Shown here one piece after another: positions 43,447 through 51,607 of a DNA stretch of 64,000 nt. The notes under the pieces are model-generated. The model did no database searches and was not told the DNA's origin. It was given only the letters and a program-made list of their open reading frames with translations. The translations under genes and the position numbers were made by a program. The DNA lies in NCBI GenBank assembly GCA_946403965.1, contig CAMJBT010000007.1:397-64396 (forward strand), written 5' to 3'. Each line of letters begins with the position of its first letter. Position 1 is the first letter of the stretch. Source of the stretch: an uncultured Pseudobutyrivibrio sp. GTDB lineage: Bacteria; Bacillota; Clostridia; Lachnospirales; Lachnospiraceae.

Positions 43447-45117
43447 TTATAACTCTGGTGTACGAAGGATTGCACCACGATTTCCTGAAGTAACCTGAGC
43501 GGCGTAACGACGAAGGTAGCCTGTTGTAACTTTTGGCTCACGTGGCTGCCACTTTGCTTTACGAGCAGCAAGCTCCTCATCAGATACTTTTAATGTCATG
43601 GTGTAATTTGGAATATCAATAGCGATAATATCGCCCTCTTCCACAAGTGCAATTGGCCCGCCTACAGCTGCCTCTGGTGACACATGTCCGATAGAAGCTC
43701 CACGGCTGGCGCCTGAGAATCGTCCATCTGTGATGAGAGCAACTGATGAGCCAAGTCCCATACCAGCAATTGCTGATGTAGGGTTGAGCATCTCTCTCAT
43801 ACCAGGGCCACCCTTAGGTCCTTCATATCTAATAACTACCACGTCGCCCTCAACAATTTTTCCACCTTTGATTGCTGCAATAGCATCCTCTTCTGAATCA
43901 AAGACTCTTGCTGGTCCTTCGTGAACAAGCATCTCAGGAACAACCGCGCTTCGTTTTACGACTGAACCATCTGGAGCAAGATTTCCCTTGAGAACTGCAA
44001 GTCCTCCAGTCTTTGTATATGGATTGTCCACAGGTCTGATTACCTCTGGGTTTCTGTTTACTGCATTTTTGATATTTTCGCCAACTGTCTTTCCTGTAAC
44101 AGTCATACACTCTGTGTTAAGAAGTCCGATATCTGCAAGCTCCTTCATTACAGCCCAAACACCACCAGCTTCATTAAGATCCTCCATATATGTAGGGCCA
44201 GCTGGTGCAAGATGGCAGAGATTTGGAGTCTTTTCTGAAATAGGATTTGCAAACTCAATATCAAAATCAAAACCAATCTCATGAGCGATAGCTGGAAGAT
44301 GAAGCATTGAATTTGTAGAACATCCAAGCGCCATATCAACTGTAAGTGCATTTAAAATAGCATCCTTTGTCATAATCTGGCGTGCTGTAATGCCCTTATT
44401 GTACATATCCATAACAGCCATACCTGCATGCTTTGCAAGACGAATTCGTTCAGAATAAACTGCTGGGATTGTGCCGTTTCCTCTAAGTCCCATACCAAGA
44501 GCCTCTGTAAGGCAGTTCATAGAATTAGCTGTGTACATTCCTGAACAGCTTCCGCATGTTGGACAAACATTTTCTACATAATTCTCAACATCTTCTTCTG
44601 TCATTGTGCCTGCTGCATATGAACCAACTGCCTCAAACATAGACGAAAGAGAACGCTTTTGACCACCTACATGTCCAGCCAGCATAGGGCCGCCTGAAAC
44701 AAATACTGTAGGAAGATCAAGACGAGCTGCTGCCATTAAAAGTCCTGGCACATTCTTGTCACAGTTTGGAACCATTACAAGGGCATCAAACTGATGAGCA
44801 AGAGCCATACACTCTGTAGAATCAGCAATTAAATCTCTTGTTACAAGGGAATATTTCATTCCGATATGTCCCATTGCAATACCATCGCATACAGCAATAG
44901 CTGGGAAAACAACTGGAACACCGCCTGCCTCAGCAACACCAAGCTTAACGGCATCCACGATTTTATCGATATTCATATGGCCTGGTACGATTTCATTGTA
45001 AGAAGATACGATACCAACCATTGGCTTTTTCATTTCTTCGGCTGTGAAGCCAAGTGCATTAAACAAACTTCTTGCAGGTGCCTGTTGCATACCTGCTCTT
45101 GCATTGTCACTTCTCAT
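43447..45117 (-). CDS. ilvD: Dihydroxy-acid dehydratase
   Basis: [28 protein letters not shown] and DGRFSG motifs. Confidence 0.96.
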   Translation of the reverse strand: MRSDNARAGMQQAPARSLFNALGFTAEEMKKPMVGIVSSYNEIVPGHMNIDKIVDAVKLGVAEAGGVPVVFPAIAVCDGIAMGHIGMKYSLVTRDLIADSTECMALAHQFDALVMVPNCDKNVPGLLMAAARLDLPTVFVSGGPMLAGHVGGQKRSLSSMFEAVGSYAAGTMTEEDVENYVENVCPTCGSCSGMYTANSMNCLTEALGMGLRGNGTIPAVYSERIRLAKHAGMAVMDMYNKGITARQIMTKDAILNALTVDMALGCSTNSMLHLPAIAHEIGFDFDIEFANPISEKTPNLCHLAPAGPTYMEDLNEAGGVWAVMKELADIGLLNTECMTVTGKTVGENIKNAVNRNPEVIRPVDNPYTKTGGLAVLKGNLAPDGSVVKRSAVVPEMLVHEGPARVFDSEEDAIAAIKGGKIVEGDVVVIRYEGPKGGPGMREMLNPTSAIAGMGLGSSVALITDGRFSGASRGASIGHVSPEAAVGGPIALVEEGDIIAIDIPNYTMTLKVSDEELAARKAKWQPREPKVTTGYLRRYAAQVTSGNRGAILRTPEL

Positions 45118-45240
45118 TTATTGACTCCTCCTAATCTATAATCCGCCTGTCACGGCCACAAGCCTTAGTATTTCTCCGCTCATCTAACACGATTCGCTTG
45201 AGAAATCTAAGAGCTTGTTTCCTACAGGCTCATCTCAATT

Positions 45241-46332
45241 CTATAAACGTTCTACGATTAAATCGCCCATCTCGGAAGTTCCGACCTGCTTTACGCTTGA
45301 GCCATCGCGAGGCATGATGTCGATGGTACGATAGCCATCCTTGAGAACCTTTTTAACTGCGTTTTCGATTGCGTCTGCCTCTGCGTCTAAATCGAAGCTA
45401 TATCGAAGCATCATAGCTGCAGAAAGAATAGTTGCAATTGGGTTTGCAATGCCCTTTCCTGCAATATCAGGTGCACTGCCGCCTGAAGGCTCGTATAGAC
45501 CAAACTTTGTATCATTTAAAGATGCTGATGAAAGCATTCCAATTGAACCGGTAACCATAGAAGCTTCATCAGATAAAATGTCTCCAAACATATTCTCTGT
45601 AAGAATTACATCGAACTGACGAGGATCCTTTACAAGCTGCATTGCACAGTTATCAACAAGCATATGCTCATATTCAACTTCTGGATAATCCTTTGCAACC
45701 TCTTCAACTATTTTTCTCCAAAGTCTGGAAGAATCAAGAACGTTTGCCTTGTCTACTGATGTAACCTTTTTGCGGCGCTTAAGAGCTATATCAAAGCCAC
45801 GTTTTGCAATTCGGCGAATCTCCGACTCACTGTAGGTAAGGCTGTCACGAGCAACAAGCTGACCATCTTCTTCTACTGTGGAACGTGTGCCAAAGTAGAG
45901 ACCTCCTGTAAGCTCTCTCATAATCATCATGTCGAAGCCATCACCAATGATGTCATCTCTAAGTGGGCAAGCTTCCTTTAATTCCTCATATAGGTATGCA
46001 GGACGAAGATTTGCAAATAGATTAAGGCTCTTTCTGAGCTTTAAAAGACCTGCCTCTGGACGCTTGTCTGCTGGAAGCTTGTACCATGGACTGGTAGATG
46101 TGTTACCTCCGATTGACCCCATTAATACTGCGTCCGATGCTAGAGCCGCCTGAATGGCTTCCTCTGTAAGAGGCTCTCCACATGCGTCAATAGAACATCC
46201 TCCCATAAGAATTTCAGTGTAATTAAATGTATGTCCAAATTTCGCTCCAACACCATCAAGAACCTTAATTGCCTCAGTCACGATTTCTGGACCAATTCCG
46301 TCGCCTCTAATTACGCCAATATTAAAATTCAT
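45241..46332 (-). CDS. leuB: 3-isopropylmalate dehydrogenase
   Basis: GDGIGPE, NLRP, DKANV, NMFGDILSD and GSAPDIAG motifs. Confidence 0.96.
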   Translation of the reverse strand: MNFNIGVIRGDGIGPEIVTEAIKVLDGVGAKFGHTFNYTEILMGGCSIDACGEPLTEEAIQAALASDAVLMGSIGGNTSTSPWYKLPADKRPEAGLLKLRKSLNLFANLRPAYLYEELKEACPLRDDIIGDGFDMMIMRELTGGLYFGTRSTVEEDGQLVARDSLTYSESEIRRIAKRGFDIALKRRKKVTSVDKANVLDSSRLWRKIVEEVAKDYPEVEYEHMLVDNCAMQLVKDPRQFDVILTENMFGDILSDEASMVTGSIGMLSSASLNDTKFGLYEPSGGSAPDIAGKGIANPIATILSAAMMLRYSFDLDAEADAIENAVKKVLKDGYRTIDIMPRDGSSVKQVGTSEMGDLIVERL

Positions 46333-46484
46333 AAGCATTCCTTCCCGATTTCCTAGTTCTAGTAATTCTGTCTGCCTAGACCTTGTGCTGTATATTTATA
46401 ATCAGCTAACAAGAAGTCTATACAATTCATTCAAAAACGATACAAATTCTACTAATACTCTCTATTAGTAATTTTGTTTTTAAC

Positions 46485-46513
46485 ATTTTAGTACACTAAA
46501 GCATGAAATTCAA
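46485..46513 (-). promoter_or_regulatory. Probable sigmaA promoter of leuB-ilvD-ilvB
   Basis: TTGAAT-N17-TAAAAT. Confidence 0.6.
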
Positions 46514-46622
46514 GTTGACTGATGTCTTTTTAATAACTTTGACAAAATAGCCTAAATACTTCTAAAATAGAACTACAGAGTTAGTGAACTTTACTACTTT
46601 AAAGTATAAAAATGAGGTTGAC

Positions 46623-47471
46623 ATGACATCAAAAGAGAAGGTTTTAGAATTTCTTGAATCCAATAAAGATAGCTATATCTCCGGAGAAGCAATGGCCAAA
46701 GCCATTGGGCTTTCCAGAAACGCTATATGGAAAGCCATAAACGAACTTAGAAAAGCCGGATATAGCATTGATGCAGTGAGTAACAAGGGCTATATGCTAT
46801 CCCAGAAAAACGATATCCTATCTTCTGCCGGCATTTATTCTTATCTTACAAATGAAGCCAAGAGCATATTTGTAAATCAGGAAGATATGCTTCGCATTTA
46901 CGATACTACAATTTCCACTAACAGATTGGCAAAGGAACAGGCAATAGCAGGTGCAAAACATGGCACAGTTATACTTTCAAAGGAACAATCTGAGGGCCGT
47001 GGCCGACTAGACCATAGCTTTTTCTCTCCAAACGGAGGCATATATATGAGCATTATTATGACTCCAAATCACCTGCCATTTTCAGATCCAAAATCCATCA
47101 CTGCATTTACCGGTGTATCAGTCTGTGATGCTATAAACGAACTTACTGGGATTAATCCCAAAATAAAGCCTGTAAATGACCTGTTTGTTGATGGTAAAAA
47201 AATTTGTGGAATACTGGTGGAGTCTGGCGCCGAATTTGAAACCGGTCACCTTCAATGGATTGTTATTGGAATAGGAATAAATTTCGATTCAGATATTATG
47301 ACTTTCCCAGAAGAATTGAGAGAAGTGGTTGGCAGCCTATTTGCTCCCGGACAAGCCACTATTACAAAAAATCAGCTGGCAGCAACCATCATTAGCAAGC
47401 TTCTTGCCATTGATAGCTGTGTACCAGCTGACATTATTAACGAATATAATAATAGGCTCATTTCTATATAG
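46623..47471 (+). CDS. birA: BirA-like protein (HTH plus ligase core), lacking the C-terminal domain
   Basis: SGEA..KAIGLSRNAIWKAI HTH, STN, GRGR and KKICGIL motifs; start at ATG 46623 after GAGG. Confidence 0.85.
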   Translation: MTSKEKVLEFLESNKDSYISGEAMAKAIGLSRNAIWKAINELRKAGYSIDAVSNKGYMLSQKNDILSSAGIYSYLTNEAKSIFVNQEDMLRIYDTTISTNRLAKEQAIAGAKHGTVILSKEQSEGRGRLDHSFFSPNGGIYMSIIMTPNHLPFSDPKSITAFTGVSVCDAINELTGINPKIKPVNDLFVDGKKICGILVESGAEFETGHLQWIVIGIGINFDSDIMTFPEELREVVGSLFAPGQATITKNQLAATIISKLLAIDSCVPADIINEYNNRLISI

Positions 47472-47513
47472 TCTATGCTAATAAGACGTAGCCTATATGT
47501 ATGTCATTCCATA

Positions 47514-48083
47514 TTATAAAGTTGCCAATCTTTCAAGAATGGCAATACAAGCTTCCTCACCAAGCTCAGCAGAATTAAGGATTAAATCAAAATACTCTGA
47601 TGAACCCCATTTTTCTCCTGAGTGAAGCTGGAAGAATTTCTCACGCTTTTTGTCGAACTTTCTCATGACCTCATCAGCCTTTGCAGCTTCTATCTTTTCT
47701 ACAGATACAGCTCTACCCTTTCTAAACTGATCGTCAGCTGTGATAAACACCTTTAAGCACTTCTTATCCTTTAAAATAGCGCTAGCACAACGGCCAACAA
47801 ACACGCATCCTGGCTGCTCTGCGGCTTCAAGAATAATCTCCACCTCTGTGTTGAAGATTTTTTCCTCCATTGAAAGGTTTTCACCTGGTGCCTTAAAAAA
47901 TGGCTTTATAGGAGTTTGCTCATCCATTGTAGATACCTGGTCGTAAGATAGTCCCATGCGCTTACAAGTCTCCACAACCACACCTCTATCGTACAAACGA
48001 TAATTTAGGCGTTTTGCAAGCTTTTCAGCGATTTCATGTCCACCACTACCGTATTTACGTTCAATGCAAATAAAATCATACAT
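47514..48083 (-). CDS. Cytidylate kinase-like family protein
   Basis: RKYGSGGHEIA, VFVGRCA and YFDLILNS patterns. Confidence 0.85.
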   Translation of the reverse strand: MYDFICIERKYGSGGHEIAEKLAKRLNYRLYDRGVVVETCKRMGLSYDQVSTMDEQTPIKPFFKAPGENLSMEEKIFNTEVEIILEAAEQPGCVFVGRCASAILKDKKCLKVFITADDQFRKGRAVSVEKIEAAKADEVMRKFDKKREKFFQLHSGEKWGSSEYFDLILNSAELGEEACIAILERLATL

Positions 48084-48105
48084 AAAAGAGCCCCTCCTTA
48101 TTGAA

Positions 48106-48786
48106 TTATAAACTAGGTTTCAATACATCAGTTACGATTAACTTGTTATCCTTCCCTACAAATGCTATATCATAGTTGTGAAACATTACTCTGAATTCCC
48201 TTTCCTTTTTTCTATCATATGCAGCTCTAGGATCTTGTTGAAGCAGCTCCACTGCAGCCTGACGGATATTTTCTGGAAGTTTTTCAATCAATTCATCCGA
48301 AAATTCTACATCCACTTGATTTTCTTTGGAAAGTGAATCTGTAAACCCTCCGCGAGCTTCTGGATGGGCATCAGCATATGGGATATATGGCTTGATATCA
48401 TAAATTGGAGTGCCATCCAACATATCCACCCCTGAAACGTAAATTACAGGGCCCAAGTTTGAATCCTGTTCCACCTCCACAAGCTTCACCGAAGATAGAC
48501 CTATATTGTTTGGTCTAAATGGAGCTCTGGTAGCGAAGACCCCCATGTGCTTTTCTCCTCCAAGCCTTGGCGGCCTGACTGTTCCGCCTTCCAATGGCTT
48601 GTTTTTTGAAAAGCCCCAAAGCAACCACAAATAGTCGTAATCCGTGATTCCCTCGATAAATGTTGGGTTCCTGTACTCAGGTTCGAAAACTATGCGTCCT
48701 ATTTCACTAACTAATCCACTTTGTCTAGGTATACCAAATTTTTGTGTAAATCCTGTGTTTATATATGCTATCTCTTTTAATTCCAT
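48106..48786 (-). CDS. tsaA: tRNA t6A37 N6-methyltransferase (TrmO)
   Basis: KFGIPRQ, GVFATRAPFRPN.IGLS, GTPIYDIKPY and QDPR motifs. Confidence 0.92.
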   Translation of the reverse strand: MELKEIAYINTGFTQKFGIPRQSGLVSEIGRIVFEPEYRNPTFIEGITDYDYLWLLWGFSKNKPLEGGTVRPPRLGGEKHMGVFATRAPFRPNNIGLSSVKLVEVEQDSNLGPVIYVSGVDMLDGTPIYDIKPYIPYADAHPEARGGFTDSLSKENQVDVEFSDELIEKLPENIRQAAVELLQQDPRAAYDRKKEREFRVMFHNYDIAFVGKDNKLIVTDVLKPSL

Positions 48787-48806
48787 AAAATTATCACTTA
48801 TTTAAT

Positions 48807-48842
48807 AAAAATGGGTAGCACACTAAACTCATGTACTACCCA
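48807..48842 (-). terminator. Probable intrinsic terminator after apt
   Basis: tgggtag...ctaccca stem followed by a T-run. Confidence 0.6.
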
Positions 48843-48866
48843 AAAATATTGTCATACTAACTTTAT

Positions 48867-49391
48867 TTACTTGCCGTCGTAAGAAACTACGGATGCGACG
48901 TCGTATTTTGCAAGCTTCTCGCGTCCGTTGAGTCCCTTAAGCTCCATAAGGAACACAATTTTGGCAACTTCGCCACCAAGCTGCTCAACAAGCTCACAGG
49001 CTGCCTCGATTGTACCACCTGTAGCAATAAGATCATCTACGATAACAACCTTCTGTCCTGGCTTTACAGCATCCTTGTGCATTTCGATTGTAGCTGTACC
49101 ATATTCAAGATCGTATGTTTTCTCTATAGTTTCGCATGGAAGCTTGCCCTTCTTACGAATAAGCACAAATGGCTTTCCAAGTGCATACGCAAGTGGCGCA
49201 CCGAAAATAAAGCCACGGCTCTCAGCTCCTGCTATAACATCACAATCAACACCCTCAAGAAGCTTCTTCATCTCGTCGATTGCGAGCTTGAAGCCGTCTG
49301 CATCCTGAAGAATGCTTGTAACATCTCTAAACATAATACCTGGCTCTGGAAAATCCGGAATAGTTCTTATGTAGTCTTCTACTTTTTTCAT
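48867..49391 (-). CDS. apt: Adenine phosphoribosyltransferase
   Basis: PDFPEPGI.FRD, ESRGF, RKKGKLP and VDDLIATGGT motifs. Confidence 0.97.
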   Translation of the reverse strand: MKKVEDYIRTIPDFPEPGIMFRDVTSILQDADGFKLAIDEMKKLLEGVDCDVIAGAESRGFIFGAPLAYALGKPFVLIRKKGKLPCETIEKTYDLEYGTATIEMHKDAVKPGQKVVIVDDLIATGGTIEAACELVEQLGGEVAKIVFLMELKGLNGREKLAKYDVASVVSYDGK

Positions 49392-49479
49392 TTAAAACTC
49401 CTTCTAAATGTAAAGCACCATATTTTTCCATTCAGGAAGGTGCAAACAATAGTTGGATAAATAGGCATTATCCTTATTA

Positions 49480-49508
49480 ATTATATAGGTTTTATTTCAT
49501 TTTTACAA
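49480..49508 (-). promoter_or_regulatory. SigmaA promoter of apt
   Basis: TTGTAA-N17-TATAAT. Confidence 0.75.
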
Positions 49509-49537
49509 GTGGGGCTAAATACAGTTTCAAACATAGT

Positions 49538-49561
49538 AAAAATGGGGCCCCGAAGGACCCC
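49538..49561 (-). terminator. Intrinsic terminator of fla1
   Basis: GGGGUCC-UUCG-GGGCCCC-AUUUUU. Confidence 0.88.
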
Positions 49562-49609
49562 AATTTGTGGATAGTACCGTTAAAGTACCGATGCGTTTGG
49601 CCACGCTAA

Positions 49610-51115
49610 CTACTGAAGAAGTGAAAGAACACCCTGTGTTGACTGATTTGCTTGAGCGAGCATTGACTGGCCTGCCTGAGCAAGAATATTGTTCTTGCTG
49701 TATGTAACCATTTCATCAGCCATATCTGTATCACGAATTCGAGATTCAGATGCTTCTGTGTTCTCTACTACATTATCAAGATTTGCGATTGAGTGCTCGA
49801 GTCTGTTTTGTATAGCACCAAGACCTGATCTTTGAGCAGATACCTTTGCAAGGGCGTCTGCGATTGAGTCGATTGCGTAAGTTGCTGCCTTACCTGTGGC
49901 GTCACTAACGTTTAGTCCCTGGATGCCAAGTGCTGTTGCGCTCATGCATTCGATTGTTACACCAATCTTGTTTGTCATATCAGCATCAGAGCCAACATGA
50001 AGATTGAATGAAAGGTCTTTCTGGACTGTTGCTGAACCTTTTTCGATTCTGAACTCTACCTTTACAGGTGGATCTGTCTTCACATCATCTGGCAACTTAC
50101 CATTTACTTTATCAGTGTCCTGTGTTGGATCTGTATCATCGAATGTATTATCACCTATCTTTGCAGTTGGAATTTTGATGATTGAATCACATCCAATTGA
50201 TGAAGCTGCTCTAAGTTCATTTGCCATAAGCTGATATGCCTTCGCTGCTGTAATAACTGTTGCATCCTTGTCATCAACACCATCATCTGGTTCCTTCGCG
50301 TCTGCTGTGCTGAATAAAACTGCAACCTTACCATTGTACTCAATTGTTGAGCCCTGGCTTGCGAACTTGTTAAGGTGTGATGCCTTAACCTCTGATGTAT
50401 AAGCGTTAGTCTCAGTAGAAATAGTAAATGACTTACCATCAATCTTTACTACTTCACCTACTGTAAGATGAGGTTCAGCACTTTCCTCTGCAGATGTTCC
50501 TAGAACAGTTAAGGCATTTGCTAACTGGGTAGTAGGATCATCACCTCCAACACCGATTGTATACTTTGTACCACCAATTGTTACTGTGTCACCCATTGCA
50601 AGAGCATTGATGGTGAAAGTAGCTGTTGTTGTGTTCTGTGTAAGTGTGCCTGCAAGACCTGCGTCATGAGCTGCAATAACTTGTGTCTTGGTGCCGTAGT
50701 CCCCCTTGAGAAGATAGGTCTCGTTGAACTTTGTCGTTTCAGAAACTCGATCAATCTCAGTTGTAAGCTGTAAAATCTCATCCTGAATAGATGAGCGGTC
50801 ACTTTCTGAGTTTGTTCCGTTTGCTGCCTGGACTGCCAACTCATTCATTCTCTGAAGCATTGAATGTACCTCTGTAAGGGCACCTTCGGCGGTCTGTACT
50901 GCTGAGATACCATCTGATGCGTTTGTTGATGCCTGATCAAGACCTCGAATCTGCTTGCGCATTTTCTCAGAAATTGAAAGACCTGCTGCATCGTCTGCGG
51001 CTCTATTAATTCTAAAACCAGATGAAAGTTTCTCAGTAGATTTAGACTGAGCATTTGTTGTAATTCCTAACATTCTTGAAGCATTAGCTGCCTGCATATT
51101 GTGTTGTACTACCAT
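49610..51115 (-). CDS. fliC: Flagellin (fla1), 501 aa
   Basis: Conserved N-terminal (RINRAADDAAGL) and C-terminal (LGAIQNRLE, SRIRDTD) D0/D1 regions. The true start is ATG 51115 after AAGGAGG, not 51268. Confidence 0.97.
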   Translation of the reverse strand: MVVQHNMQAANASRMLGITTNAQSKSTEKLSSGFRINRAADDAAGLSISEKMRKQIRGLDQASTNASDGISAVQTAEGALTEVHSMLQRMNELAVQAANGTNSESDRSSIQDEILQLTTEIDRVSETTKFNETYLLKGDYGTKTQVIAAHDAGLAGTLTQNTTTATFTINALAMGDTVTIGGTKYTIGVGGDDPTTQLANALTVLGTSAEESAEPHLTVGEVVKIDGKSFTISTETNAYTSEVKASHLNKFASQGSTIEYNGKVAVLFSTADAKEPDDGVDDKDATVITAAKAYQLMANELRAASSIGCDSIIKIPTAKIGDNTFDDTDPTQDTDKVNGKLPDDVKTDPPVKVEFRIEKGSATVQKDLSFNLHVGSDADMTNKIGVTIECMSATALGIQGLNVSDATGKAATYAIDSIADALAKVSAQRSGLGAIQNRLEHSIANLDNVVENTEASESRIRDTDMADEMVTYSKNNILAQAGQSMLAQANQSTQGVLSLLQ

Positions 51116-51119
51116 AATT

Positions 51120-51161
51120 TCTACCTCCTTGTAGATACTCTTGTGATTCCATTCATAAGAG
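51120..51161 (-). promoter_or_regulatory. Tandem CsrA-type hairpins in the fla1 leader
   Basis: CUCUU..AUGGAA..AAGAG, then UCUAC-AAGGAG-GUAGA with the SD in the loop; same architecture as Bacillus hag. Confidence 0.8.
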
Positions 51162-51463
51162 ATGCGATGAACGCATAACATAAAATTTAAAGTTTCAATG
51201 ATTAGGAATGCTACATACTTTAGGCTGCATCCGTATCTATATAACAAGGGAGTGACCAACCTCCGCATGCTACCAAAGGAAGAAATCTCACTATTTTCTG
51301 AACTGCTTGGTCTCAGAAAATAACGAGCAGTAGTATAACAGCTTTATTAAATTGTAAAGCTACGATTCAGTAGTAACTCTTCCGCGCGATAGATGAAAAA
51401 TTACCACCTGGAAGGACAACAAAAACTTGATAAATTTAAGTTTACTGTTTCCATCTACTTTAA

Positions 51464-51490
51464 TTATCGGAATAGGGGGGAAAAACTTTA
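51464..51490 (-). promoter_or_regulatory. Sigma28 (SigD/FliA) promoter of fla1
   Basis: TAAAG-N14-TCCGATAA. Confidence 0.85.
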
Positions 51491-51501
51491 GAACAAAATA
51501 G

Positions 51502-51533
51502 AAAAAAAGAGGACCTCCCGAAGGAAGTCCCCT
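51502..51533 (-). terminator. Intrinsic terminator of fla2
   Basis: GGGGACUUCC-UUCG-GGAGGUCCUC-U7. Confidence 0.9.
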
Positions 51534-51607
51534 AATTTACTAGTATTTAAACTAGTCTGCGCGAAACGATTAACTGGATTCTAACTAATCAAAAACTAAT
51601 TGCTAGA

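Noticed and set aside
46427-46486. Leu/Ile-rich 19-aa uORF (MLKTKLLIESISRICIVFE) upstream of leuB as an attenuator peptide
   Set aside because: Its ATG overlaps the predicted -10 box so it would not be transcribed, it has no SD, and no terminator/antiterminator pair follows. The codon content is expected in AT-rich DNA.
49392-49478. Purine riboswitch upstream of apt
   Set aside because: Two small hairpins are present, but the three-way-junction core (UUCUAC, CCGUAAA) is absent.
51116-51268. 51-aa in-frame N-terminal extension of fla1 in the ORF track
   Set aside because: The upstream ATG has no SD, AAGGAGG precedes ATG 51115, and the paralogs start at MVVQHN. Flagellins have no signal peptide.
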